NCBI GenBank assembly: GCA_049438185.1
Contig: JBMTJI010000006.1
Location: forward strand, 10,859 to 74,858
Direction of reading: 5' to 3'
Origin: Candidatus Poseidoniaceae archaeon
GTDB lineage: Archaea; Thermoplasmatota; Poseidoniia; Poseidoniales; Poseidoniaceae
DNA length: 64,000 nt
Made by a program: the position numbers and the translations under genes. How positions within the stretch are numbered: the first letter of the stretch is position 1; each line of letters opens with the position of its first letter. Below, in pieces: positions 37,918 to 48,200 of the stretch. A model generated the notes under the pieces. It was not told where the DNA came from and ran no database searches. It was given only the letters and a program-made list of their open reading frames with translations.

Positions 37918-38505
37918 ATGGCGGAGCGATGGTCGATGGACATGAGTGGAAAACGTATTCATCTCTCGGTCGAAGGTGGATGTGGAGGAACTACGTTTGG
38001 TCTTCATTGTGCAGTCAATGAGATTCAATCAGGACGACGCGTCTTGTGGGCTTCACCCGAGATGCCAAATGCTACACGTTTCTCTCAACTCTTTTCATCA
38101 TTAAATATCGTAGAATCGAGTCGATTTCACGCCCTCAATCTCATCGGAGCTATGGATCGCTGCGTGGATGCTATCGTTGAAGCTGAACGTAGTTTGCCAA
38201 GGGTTGGTTTGGTTGTCCTCGATGACTGGTGTGCTCCAACCGGTCGAATTGAGAAAGAGAATATCGATGCCGTTCTCGATCTTGCAAAGCGAATGAAGCA
38301 AGAGACAACACTCCTGCTCATTTCGAAGTCAGGTACAGATGTTACAGGGGCTGAAGAAGCATACAGACCACGTTCAAAATCTGATTTCAAAGAAAACGGA
38401 TTTGAAATCTGGGGATTGTATTCCAATCCGAAGAAGACAATTCAGCTTGACATTTCAGGACTTATCATCGAAGGAAAAATCGAGGAATCAGGCTTCGTCT
38501 TCTGA
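37918..38505 (+). CDS. RecA/KaiC-like fold protein with degenerate Walker A (no lysine)
   Basis: SVEGGCGGTTFGL in the P-loop position, LVVLDD Walker-B-like, ~195 aa. Start placed at MAERW. The upstream part of the six-frame ORF overlaps an opposite-strand gene. Confidence 0.3.
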   Translation: MAERWSMDMSGKRIHLSVEGGCGGTTFGLHCAVNEIQSGRRVLWASPEMPNATRFSQLFSSLNIVESSRFHALNLIGAMDRCVDAIVEAERSLPRVGLVVLDDWCAPTGRIEKENIDAVLDLAKRMKQETTLLLISKSGTDVTGAEEAYRPRSKSDFKENGFEIWGLYSNPKKTIQLDISGLIIEGKIEESGFVF

Positions 38506-38754
38506 ATCTTCGCCCAGAAGTTTGGCCATTTCTTCAAGGGCTTCCTCATCAGGCTCATCAAAGCGTTGGGGATGTCGAGCACCACCTTCCAACGTATCTT
38601 CACCAGCAACTTTTGGTGCATGATTCTTCAACATCTCTTCTCGATTCTTTCGTGCTCGCATGGCAACAAAAATCATCATTCCAAGGAAGGCTAGAATGAG
38701 AATTACGGTAGTGATGGTCTTGGTGCTGTCTTCTGCCATGGATGCCTCTTGCAT
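38488..38754 (-). CDS. Small single-pass membrane protein with acidic tail (hypothetical)
   Basis: 88 aa. ITTVILILAFLGMMIFVAM helix then a charged tail. Confidence 0.3.
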   Translation of the reverse strand: MQEASMAEDSTKTITTVILILAFLGMMIFVAMRARKNREEMLKNHAPKVAGEDTLEGGARHPQRFDEPDEEALEEMAKLLGEDSEDEA

Positions 38755-38760
38755 TCGCCT

Positions 38761-39963
38761 CTAAAGATTGTTTTGCACTGTTGGCGATTCATCGAGGGGT
38801 TTCGCCAAATGCCGACGTGATGAGGCAGGAGGTTGAATCCATTGATTCCTAGGCAAATCACGATGTGTTTCAGTCCAAGCATCTTCAGTCTTAAATCCAC
38901 ACTTTTTACATCGAAGCCCTTGATTGACTCCCATGGATGAGAGGGCTTTTTCACATGTGGGACAGGATGGTCGATTCTGATTGGCGACGAGGTGTCGAAT
39001 CCGTAAAACTTCGATGTGAATTGAACGATTTGGTGACATGAGTCCATTGCATTCAAGGATGTCATGTGGTTGCAATTGTTGACAAATTCTTGCAATTTCG
39101 CCTGATTCCTTGAAGGCTACAAAACGATGCTCACCAGAATGAATCAGCGTGTGACCTCCCTTGAGAATCTCAACCTTCTCAACACGAATCTCGATTGGTT
39201 CATCCAGATGATCGTTGGTTGCATGATTTGTTTCAAACACCATCGAACCTGAAGTGGCTTCGGTTTCTGACGCATTGAGAAGAAGTTGCAACGCTTCATT
39301 CGCAGCATCTTGAGTCCAGGTGCGAATCCCAAACAGGACGGGAGACGCACCCCTTGGTGCCAACAAACTCGTACCAAGTCGTTCATCGCGACACAGGAAA
39401 GATTCTGCCATTTCTTCAATGTATTTCATCGCATTTTGATCCAGTTGTCGAGGATTCTTATTGGTGGATTCTCTCCATGCAATGGCCTCGAAGGTTGTCC
39501 TCTTTGCAGGCCATAGGACTGCCAGTGTGGCTCCAATTCTGCCATGACCTCCCCAAGATTGTTTTGGAATTGGCAATTGTTCAAGAGATAATTCTTCCCT
39601 TAGACCTCTTCTATAGAATTCTTCATCATTGATTTTATCTGTGAACCATACCATTCCTGGATCTGAAGGATACTGTTCTCGTTCACTGTGTTCACTCTCT
39701 ATTACTGTACCCTTTAGAGGCAGAAGATGGTTGAACCAATACTCATCGAGGAATGCTAGCAATGCGGATTCATCTGTTGTTGACAATTCAACAGCAACTG
39801 CAGCATTTCCACGGGTTCGACGCCGAGCGAATGGCCAGAGACGAACGAGCCGTGCTTGGCCAACTGCAACATGTTGCGGAAGGGATTGGATGAGGCGGTA
39901 GAGAACTTCCGTAGTACAGCCTCCCTTGAGAGAATCAGTATCATCGAGTCCTAACCATCCCAA
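38761..39963 (-). CDS. tiaS: tRNA(Ile2) 2-agmatinylcytidine synthetase TiaS
   Basis: N-terminal GLDDTDS kinase-like motif. C-terminal zinc ribbon CPTCEKALSSMGVNQGLRCKKCGFK. 400 aa. Confidence 0.65.
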   Translation of the reverse strand: MGWLGLDDTDSLKGGCTTEVLYRLIQSLPQHVAVGQARLVRLWPFARRRTRGNAAVAVELSTTDESALLAFLDEYWFNHLLPLKGTVIESEHSEREQYPSDPGMVWFTDKINDEEFYRRGLREELSLEQLPIPKQSWGGHGRIGATLAVLWPAKRTTFEAIAWRESTNKNPRQLDQNAMKYIEEMAESFLCRDERLGTSLLAPRGASPVLFGIRTWTQDAANEALQLLLNASETEATSGSMVFETNHATNDHLDEPIEIRVEKVEILKGGHTLIHSGEHRFVAFKESGEIARICQQLQPHDILECNGLMSPNRSIHIEVLRIRHLVANQNRPSCPTCEKALSSMGVNQGLRCKKCGFKTEDAWTETHRDLPRNQWIQPPASSRRHLAKPLDESPTVQNNL

Positions 39964-39964
39964 A

Positions 39965-40579
39965 CTACCACCTCATGGGATCGTAATCATCACCCTGATC
40001 GCTGTCATCCAGAACTCGCTCAATCACTTGTGGCAAGCCCAATTGATCGGATACCTCGAATGTTCTCGCACCCACTGCCCAGCCAGCCCCCATATCGGAT
40101 TTACGATCACCAATCATGGCATCGAGTTGGTGCCACGGTTTTGGTTTTGCACCCGCCCAATGAATCCTTCCGTTGGTTCTTCGCTCATTCCGAAGGAGAT
40201 TGTTCCCCTTGACCAACATTCCTGGCCATGGCTTACGACAACCGCAACGATCTCTGTTTCTATGTGGGCAGGTTATGATGACATCAATTACCGCATCCGG
40301 GTGTTCATCGAGAAGTTGTTCACGCAATGCTGCGTGAATGGCATGCAGTCGCTCAACAGACCACAGTTTCCGCATAATGGGTGACTGATTTGTGACAACA
40401 CAAATGGAATATCCTTTCGAACGTAATTGCGCAATCGCTTTTCCACTACCTGGGATAATCTGCAGCTCATGTGGATGATTGACGTAGCCATTTCGCCCAT
40501 AATTGAGAACACCATCACGATCGATGAAAGCGATTGGCCCTTTGGCCAAACCAGAACCATCGACAATGGGTCCATCCAT
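39965..40579 (-). CDS. HAD-IIIA phosphatase, GmhB/histidinol-phosphatase-like
   Basis: FIDRDGVLN motif I, VVTNQS motif II, Zn-site-like CPHRNRDRCGCRKPWPGM, GDRKSDM motif III/IV. Confidence 0.7.
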   Translation of the reverse strand: MDGPIVDGSGLAKGPIAFIDRDGVLNYGRNGYVNHPHELQIIPGSGKAIAQLRSKGYSICVVTNQSPIMRKLWSVERLHAIHAALREQLLDEHPDAVIDVIITCPHRNRDRCGCRKPWPGMLVKGNNLLRNERRTNGRIHWAGAKPKPWHQLDAMIGDRKSDMGAGWAVGARTFEVSDQLGLPQVIERVLDDSDQGDDYDPMRW

Positions 40580-40652
40580 AGCCGTTCGATATCAAGCCAG
40601 TTGTTGGACTTAATGGGCAAACGTTTCTATTTGGAGGAGTTCTAGGCATGGT

Positions 40653-41579
40653 ATGTTCCTTTCCAAAGAGGTTGCCACCATCGCAGGCGCTCTTGGAATG
40701 GTTTTTCTCGCCATATCATGGCACAGACGGCACAATGAAGGTGTTTCACGCCTCGCTCAATGTGGTTGGATTTTGGTCGGCCTGTATTTCTTCAACGACT
40801 CCTTATATTATTTCGAACTTGAGGATCTTGTACTTACCATCATGACGGCGCTAGCACTGCCGATTTCGGTAGCATTGGTGATTGCAGAAGCTCGATCGTT
40901 GACGGAACGTGATCGAGCAGCCCTCAATTGGGCACGTGGATGCGTTGCCTATGCAGGAGGCCCCTACCTTCTTGTCGCTCACATTCCATGGCTCTCTGTT
41001 TTGGCGATTTGGTTCGTTGCTTCTCAAGTCGCTATGTTCCTGTCCTTCACCGGGACAGTGGATATCAAACTCGGTGAAACGTATGTCAATACATCTGAAG
41101 GTCGCTTTTTGTGGGACGATTGGGATGGCAACAAGTGGTTCATGACCGACGGTTTTGCAGAACACCCGTTCCAAACAGAATTGATCATGGCCGATGGTGG
41201 ATTCATTGGCATTAATTTCGTATTAGCTTGTACTGCGCTTCAATCGATGATCGTATTTATTGGAGCGATTTCAGTCCTTGATGTCGATCGAAAGCGCCGC
41301 ATTCGAGCCCTGCTCTTCACGGTACCAATCATTCACATTCTCAATCTGTTCCGAAATGCAGGGCTTGTATGGATGCATCTCTCTTACGAAGGATGGGAAT
41401 ACCTTGGTTTGAGCATGTTCGAATTTGGACATTCTTATGCTGCACGAGTCGTCTCGCTCTTTGCCATGTTTGTGATGGCGATTGCGATGTTCGAGTTACT
41501 TCCTGAGTTGCATCGACACATCCTTCGATTGATGGATGCATCTGGACTTCGTAAGAAAAAGACGAAGATTAGTCCTTAA
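40653..41579 (+). CDS. Archaeosortase/exosortase-family membrane protein (candidate archaeosortase)
   Basis: 308 aa polytopic. Cys193 in VLACTALQS (cf. exosortase CSGxRS). Arg234 in NLFRN is 41 residues downstream, the same spacing as H. volcanii ArtA Cys173/Arg214. A third Arg is at 265. Confidence 0.55.
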   Translation: MFLSKEVATIAGALGMVFLAISWHRRHNEGVSRLAQCGWILVGLYFFNDSLYYFELEDLVLTIMTALALPISVALVIAEARSLTERDRAALNWARGCVAYAGGPYLLVAHIPWLSVLAIWFVASQVAMFLSFTGTVDIKLGETYVNTSEGRFLWDDWDGNKWFMTDGFAEHPFQTELIMADGGFIGINFVLACTALQSMIVFIGAISVLDVDRKRRIRALLFTVPIIHILNLFRNAGLVWMHLSYEGWEYLGLSMFEFGHSYAARVVSLFAMFVMAIAMFELLPELHRHILRLMDASGLRKKKTKISP

Positions 41580-44500
41580 TCCAAGGTGAATCAGGATCGT
41601 CACGATGCCATAGTCGTCCACTGTTCGGTGGATATTCAATGTGCTCTCGACCCTTTGAATCCATCATTCCCATCAAACTCGCTGCTGGCTGGTCATGTTC
41701 GGGTTGAGACTCAAAATTATCCCCGCCAAAGTCGTAGATGGGTATATTGGTTGTTTGGCCAGATGGGGCAACTTCGTTCACGATGATTGATTGCAGTGCC
41801 TGACGTCCGGTGGATGATGCTTCTGCAAGGTTGTCACCCATATTCAACATCTGTTCTGAGAAAGCATCTGTTTTGTTCCATTCTTGATCCAAGTTTTGGC
41901 GAGAACCGCCTCCGCCACGGGCAAAGAGAACCAAGAGCCCGATGAGGACGATGAGCATAGCCCCTCCAGCACCATAGAGCATGTCATTGGCAACGCTTGG
42001 TGCAAAGTCAGCATTGTCGCCGATTCCGTCACCATCTGCGTCTTTTGACTCATTGGGATCGTTGGGGAATTGATCATCAACATTTGGCACACCATCACCA
42101 TCTGTATCGAATGGATTGAAGGTGGTCTTACAGTTTTCAATCGCTTCCTCAAGTTCATCTTGTGTGATGTAGTCGTCGCCGTTTTCGTCCAAGAACTTCA
42201 AATCGTAGGTATTTCTCAAATCCAACGATTCAAAGAATTCCGTCGAAGTCTTATACGGAAGTTGCTCCATCATCGAATTGAGTTCGTTCTCGCACGTGCA
42301 CGAGAATGCAACAACTTCAGTGAATTCAATCATACCATCGCCATTCACATCAACATCGGCAAATTCGATATCATTTGGTGGATCTGACCGCCTAAACTCA
42401 TCCGCATTCATCAATCCATTGCCGTTGATATCAACCTCTTCGAAAAACTCTTCGAGATTATAATCGCATGCATAGATATCTTCGGGTTCAGGTTCAGGAT
42501 CTGGGTCTGGCCCTGGACGGTCGTTTGTTTTCCAATAGGCAACAATGGAGACATCTGAGAAATCATCTTGTGCAACGACTGTAATGTCAAAACGACCCGC
42601 TGCAGGTGAATAGATGTACAATTCTTGGTAGGTACCTTCTCCATATGATGTGAACTCTTCTTCGAAGATGTCCTCATCCATAAAGTCATCAAAACCTTCG
42701 AACTCATCAAAGCCGAAGAAATCGCCATAGTCCACCTCGCCATCAGCAGTGATGTACAGTGAACCGTCTCCACCAAATGTTGTGATGATCAGTTCTTCTG
42801 CGCGAGACTCGAGATCGACATAGAAATAGAGTTCTTCTCCGGCAGGAGCACTGAGTCCGTCGACGTCTTCATCATTGAACAACTCAATCGGTGTACCATC
42901 GTATTCCCAAATGTAGAGGTCTTCGAAGGATGCTGTGATCGACACTCCACTGAACACACTTTCAGAGTCGAGGAGAATGTGCCACTTGCCTGGAGTTGGG
43001 TTGTTGAATCCAATCTTGTCTCCTGCACCTGGAGCTCCTGAATGATGATCTGCTTCGCTTGCCGTAGGTGTGTTTTCATAGCGCATGTGGAGCGTTGCCT
43101 CACCGAATCCTCCGTCGAGGTCAACTTCAAGTCGCTCTGTTCCAGTTGGAACGTCGATGAAGAAATATTGGTCAAGACCATCGTAACCGCTCATTGGCCC
43201 ATATGCAACACCTGGTTGTAATTCGATAGCAGTTGATGGATCTGCATTGTCTGGTGCATACGTGAAATCAGCGACGATTGTGAAATCAGAAGCCTTTCGA
43301 TAGGTGAAGGCTGTGATGTAGTATATTCCAGGTTCGACATCAAACAAATTAACCTCTTCACCATTACCATCGTTGGTTGACCAAGCAATGTTGCTTTGCT
43401 GATATTCTGCTACGGAATATTCATCAAAATATGGTTCCCCGTAATAGTAGTAGTAATTCGGGTCAATCGGCCCTCCTGAGGAGAGAATAAGGTCGATGTT
43501 TCCTTTTCCTCCATACGTTTCAATCTTCAATTCTGTGAGTGAATCGGTAACATTAACGTAATAGTATTCCAAGGCCGCATCCCAGCTATCACGACCGGAT
43601 TCGACGGTTTGGGATGTGATGGGGACACCATTGAACAACTGGGTCATTTCATCAAGACTTGGTGGCTCTTCGGCAACTTCCCAAGAGGCGATGATTTCCA
43701 ATTCCTCGATGTCTTGCTTGGCAACGATGGAGTACCACATAATATTGTGTTCTGGCCATGTCCATGAGTTGAAGACTGAACCCCAATAACTGGTCAACTC
43801 CATGTCGTAATCCCAAGGCGCTGGTATGCGATCGTAACCAACATATGCGTCGAAGAGCATGTTCTCTTCGTAATCATAATCCCAATCGTCGTAAAATATT
43901 TCAGACCAAGAATAAATAGCAATGTCGGTCATGAATGTGTAGTCGTCGAGTTCTGCATAGAAGAGGAGGGTGTCGCCTTCCTGGATGTTTTCCAATACAA
44001 GGAATTCATCGTTGGGTAGTTCTACCGCTTGCGCGACGATCGAACCATCAGGCATGACCCAATCGGCACCGTGAATGGTACCAATACGATCCATTGTAGC
44101 ATCGTTCAATGCATCCCCTGTGTCCCCACCTTCACCTTCCCAGAACGTCCATCGACTGACAGGCTCCCACATGTTCTGTTCAACAAATGAGATGGTAAGG
44201 TCATCGATGATGCCTTCGAAATGATAGCAGTCGCAACCAGCACCCATTCGAGCGATGTACAATTCATCGCATGCGTCGCCTGAGGTGAAACAGTCATTGG
44301 AGCCAAAATCCCCTTCAGGAATGTTGGCATCCTCGGCAGAAATGTTCCCTGCAGGAACACCATCAATGGTGAAAAATCCTCCAACTCCTTCGATGAGTTG
44401 AACACCGATGGTATGCCAGGTGCCTTCAGTAATGCTCATGTTGGATGTCGGATGCTTGGAAAGACTGTATTCGGATGCGTATCCAATGGCGCCATTAGAG

Positions 44501-45195
44501 AGATACATGCCCCATCCATAATCCCCTTTCATGGTAATAAATCGAATACCATCAAGACTGCTTGCTTTGATGGTCGCTTCGATGTTCAGCGTTCCATTTG
44601 CGATCAAACCCTCGTCATGGTCGATGACGATGTGGTCTTCAATACCATCAAATCTGAGAGAGAAATCTGCACCGGGTCCAACTTCAACAACACCGTAGAC
44701 GGGGAAGTATTCTGGATTGTTTTCCAAATCGTTCCATGTTTGAGGATCAATGTTGCCCATGTTGGTTGAAGCGATGTGTACATAGTCAGAATCATCTCCT
44801 CCTGTTGGTTGGTCGACACCCCAATTGCGGTACAAGAATGGCGTGCCATCGTGCCATCGGTAAATGCCTTCGTCTTGAACATCGTTCAATCCAATCCACA
44901 AATGCCGACTTTGATTGTCAAAACTGGCAAAGGTGTCGAATACCCAAGTGTTCTCTTCAGAATCGTCGATGGTCGTTAGATAACCATCGAGAGAACGCGC
45001 CTTGAACGCAGCATCTTCCCAAGACGATGCGGAGAGAAGGTGGTACGTCTTGTTGTTATCGGGATTGACTGCTGTATGCAAGATATCGATTTCATCGAGT
45101 TCACTTGAATTTGCTTGAACCATTGCGACCATGCATGTTGAGGCGAGCATCATCAGAATCAGTGTTGTAGCAACGAACGGAGAGCCTTGGGCCAT
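41569..45195 (-). CDS. Giant multidomain cell-surface protein: signal peptide, Cys-less C-type-lectin-like domain, LamG/ConA-like, 3x PPC (pre-peptidase C-terminal)-like domains, TSP3/EF-hand/dockerin-like Ca-binding repeats, TM helix and ~115-aa cytoplasmic tail
   Basis: 1208 aa. CTLD pattern WIGLNDVQDEGIYRWHDGTPFLYRNWGVDQP...WNDL. PPC-like YYVNVTD...GKGNIDLIL and QYFFIDVP...LHMRY. DVNGDGMIEF (EF-hand/dockerin). DTDGDGVPNVDDQFPNDPNESKDADGDGIGDNAD (TSP3-like). TM LIVLIGLLVLF. Confidence 0.8.
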   Translation of the reverse strand: MAQGSPFVATTLILMMLASTCMVAMVQANSSELDEIDILHTAVNPDNNKTYHLLSASSWEDAAFKARSLDGYLTTIDDSEENTWVFDTFASFDNQSRHLWIGLNDVQDEGIYRWHDGTPFLYRNWGVDQPTGGDDSDYVHIASTNMGNIDPQTWNDLENNPEYFPVYGVVEVGPGADFSLRFDGIEDHIVIDHDEGLIANGTLNIEATIKASSLDGIRFITMKGDYGWGMYLSNGAIGYASEYSLSKHPTSNMSITEGTWHTIGVQLIEGVGGFFTIDGVPAGNISAEDANIPEGDFGSNDCFTSGDACDELYIARMGAGCDCYHFEGIIDDLTISFVEQNMWEPVSRWTFWEGEGGDTGDALNDATMDRIGTIHGADWVMPDGSIVAQAVELPNDEFLVLENIQEGDTLLFYAELDDYTFMTDIAIYSWSEIFYDDWDYDYEENMLFDAYVGYDRIPAPWDYDMELTSYWGSVFNSWTWPEHNIMWYSIVAKQDIEELEIIASWEVAEEPPSLDEMTQLFNGVPITSQTVESGRDSWDAALEYYYVNVTDSLTELKIETYGGKGNIDLILSSGGPIDPNYYYYYGEPYFDEYSVAEYQQSNIAWSTNDGNGEEVNLFDVEPGIYYITAFTYRKASDFTIVADFTYAPDNADPSTAIELQPGVAYGPMSGYDGLDQYFFIDVPTGTERLEVDLDGGFGEATLHMRYENTPTASEADHHSGAPGAGDKIGFNNPTPGKWHILLDSESVFSGVSITASFEDLYIWEYDGTPIELFNDEDVDGLSAPAGEELYFYVDLESRAEELIITTFGGDGSLYITADGEVDYGDFFGFDEFEGFDDFMDEDIFEEEFTSYGEGTYQELYIYSPAAGRFDITVVAQDDFSDVSIVAYWKTNDRPGPDPDPEPEPEDIYACDYNLEEFFEEVDINGNGLMNADEFRRSDPPNDIEFADVDVNGDGMIEFTEVVAFSCTCENELNSMMEQLPYKTSTEFFESLDLRNTYDLKFLDENGDDYITQDELEEAIENCKTTFNPFDTDGDGVPNVDDQFPNDPNESKDADGDGIGDNADFAPSVANDMLYGAGGAMLIVLIGLLVLFARGGGGSRQNLDQEWNKTDAFSEQMLNMGDNLAEASSTGRQALQSIIVNEVAPSGQTTNIPIYDFGGDNFESQPEHDQPAASLMGMMDSKGREHIEYPPNSGRLWHRDDPDSPWIKD

Positions 45196-45278
45196 GTTCC
45201 TGTCATCAAATGGACGTTCATAACTCCATTGCCTGCCTCAAGGGATTTCACCATACAGTATATAGGCGGAATACAAAC

Positions 45279-48200
45279 CTATTCGATTTTCTTTCCACCA
45301 ATTCGTAATTCCGTATGGAGTGGCATTTGGTGTTCCCAGGCAAATTCTTTCACAATACGCCAGCCCTTTTCGCTACCTTCGTAATCCGTCACATCGATTG
45401 TTTTGTTCCGAGTATTTGCTTTGAAAGCGGCAACTGGTTCAGCATTTCGGAACACAAGATAGGCGCTTCCGAAACCAAATTTTTCTTTTAGAACATCTCC
45501 AAAGTACGGTGCAATAGGGTCTGTTGGTGGTAAGACAAAGTCCCGGATTGGGTTGATCGTTTTGGCTGTTTCAAGCAGTTCTTTTCGCCCCCAACAAACT
45601 TCATGCAAATTCTCGATGAGGAATCCTTTGACGAGTGTTCCATCTTCCTCAAATTCATTGAGAACGGCTTTGAGTTCTTCTGGTTTAAATGGTGTGCCAG
45701 ATAATCGTAGTAATTGTTTGATAGTGATGACCGGATAATCCTTGACGAGATTTCGTAAATATTCCCGTCGAAGGTGAACGGGATCTTCGTCGGTTCTCGG
45801 GTGAACAGCACGGAATCCCCCACGAAAATCTTCTACGATATGTCCTGTTCGAATAAGCGGCTGAACGAGTTTCCTAAATTCAGATTGAGTGAGTGCATGA
45901 CGTTCCTTGAAGATGTTAGGATCGGTTTGTGAACTGAAGAAATCGATAATGTCAACCAAATCTTCCTCGGGAGGGATACCGCGAATGCTAAGCAAGGTTT
46001 CGAAGTATTCGTACGGTGCCCATACCTGGTGACCTCGCATATTGACACCTTTGTGCAAACGGTTTGCGCTGGCCATTGACTTGAGATTCGTTCGGAACAC
46101 TTCGCAGCGGCCACGTAAGGCAAAATCATCACGAATTTCCTTGATTTTGCGAAGGGCTAACGTCTCATTCTCGTGACGGGTTTCTTGATGCAGATGATGT
46201 TGATGGAAGAGGGCACGCTCGGCAATTTCACGAGGCTGTGGGTCGACAACACCACCTCGAATCATTCGTTCCCCAACTTGTTTGAATCCTATTCGTTCTA
46301 AACCATCACGCATTGGTTTGCTGAGTTCTGAAATTGGTTCACTGTTTACATTTGTGAGCACTGCAACATCAACCAATTGATCGGCATGATTTTCGAGCAA
46401 AATCAGGAAGGCATCACAAAATTCTTCAAAATAGGCCGTTGGAACATGCATGTCTTTGATTTCGAGATAATCGTTGACTCGGAACATCAAGACTTTGCCA
46501 ACAGGATCGACCCCTTTGAAGACAGGAAGATACCATCCTCGATCCAATGCTGAACGGACTTCCCAAATAAATCGAGAAACGTATGGGTCGGATTGTGTTA
46601 AAATCCGGATCGTACGATCTTCGCGTCGTGGAACTTGCAACATTTCAACTTCAGTTGGTGTACAGTAGAAGTCCTCAGTATCGGGAACCAAGGCAGTGAC
46701 CTTTGAAATACGGCCACTCGTTTCTAAATTATGCAAAGCTACGAGAAGATCTTCATAATTCCTCGACACATAAAATCGCAACGTGCTTGCCTTCACAGGA
46801 CCCATGCGACGAACAACTTCTTCCAGAGCATCTTCGAAATCCATTGGCTTGTAGACGCCATAGACCTTGTGGAACAACGACAATCGACGACGACGTCCAA
46901 TGACCTCTTCGAATTGCTTTACAAACAGCATTTGTCGGTCAAGATTTGAAATCGCATTTTTGACATCCCGTTCCATTTGTCGATGTTCCTCACCTTTCGG
47001 GAAATCTTGAACCAATTCTTGTCGCGTGATGTTTTCTTCTGGGTCAAGTTTGGAGAGAACAACCTCTTCCATCGCTCCTATCCATGGTTCTGGTTTGAGT
47101 CCAAGAAGCATTGGGATGTTGTTCTTTGTCGTGTACCCCATGCGATTGTGAAGCAATCGACCGCTGACGACATCGGAATCGAGCTGCAAATCTTTCCAAT
47201 CTTTGAATCTGAAGTCTTCAATTCTGTAGAGTAATTCTTGTTGTTTCTGTACCAGGACATGTTCGTTAAATGCCTCGAATACATCATCGTATTTTTTGAA
47301 CGATTTATCGAGAACAAGATTTTGAATCCACCGATATTCAACAATATCTTCCTCTCCACCAGTGATGCGATGTTCGTCAACCTTTAGGATCAGTTCTGCT
47401 TCATCTGTTTGCGTAAAGAAGCCAACGGAAAGGACGTTTCGGGTTTCGAGTTCATGAACGATACGATCGACAGATTTCTCAGAGAATGGAAGTCGTTGAT
47501 GCAAAACTTCGGTTGTTTTCGGCCCTTCAGAACCGAGAATTTCGAGCACTTTGACTCGGAGTGCTTCATGAGGATCACCTACCGATACGGTCTTCCACTT
47601 GGTAGGCGTTGTCTTGTCAAATTCGTTCGCGATTTTGAAGGACATTCCTTTTGTATCGTAATCTCGTAAATCAACGATTGATTTCGAATCATTTGAAGCA
47701 AGGCAAGCGAGTGTACCGTGAATTTCAGCCATGAATGGGTTGAACCATTTCCCATCAATTTCTGGTTCACCCGTACCATCAATTTTGGTAATTTTTCCTC
47801 CCTTGCAAAGTTCTTCAACCCACGTTCGAATGAGGTCTAAATCGATGCCTTCCAACTTTTCTCGATACAATGGATTGTTGAACTCTCGGTCAAGTCCACC
47901 TCCGTGTTGCATAAGCTCGTAAAGCGTTTGTGGAGAATGAGGTACTGGGGCTTTGTCGGTGTAGTACTTGTCCAGTTGTTCCTTGGTCATTTCAGTCGCA
48001 AGGCTTCGTGTCCCCATCAATCGTCGAAGGACTTCTGGATCGATGTCTTTGACAAGGAAAGCACGGGTTTTCATGGACATAAGATCCTCAAATGCGGACA
48101 TGTAGAGGCTCATACCGAGTCGTGAAGGAATGGTTACCTTGGTGTGTACAATCCGAGCATCACCTTCGATGCATGATTCGAGGAATTGGTTGAGACCAAA

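Noticed and set aside
43380-43460. tagtagtagtaat trinucleotide repeat
   Set aside because: Lies inside the giant surface-protein CDS and simply encodes a YYYYY tyrosine run. Not a regulatory repeat.
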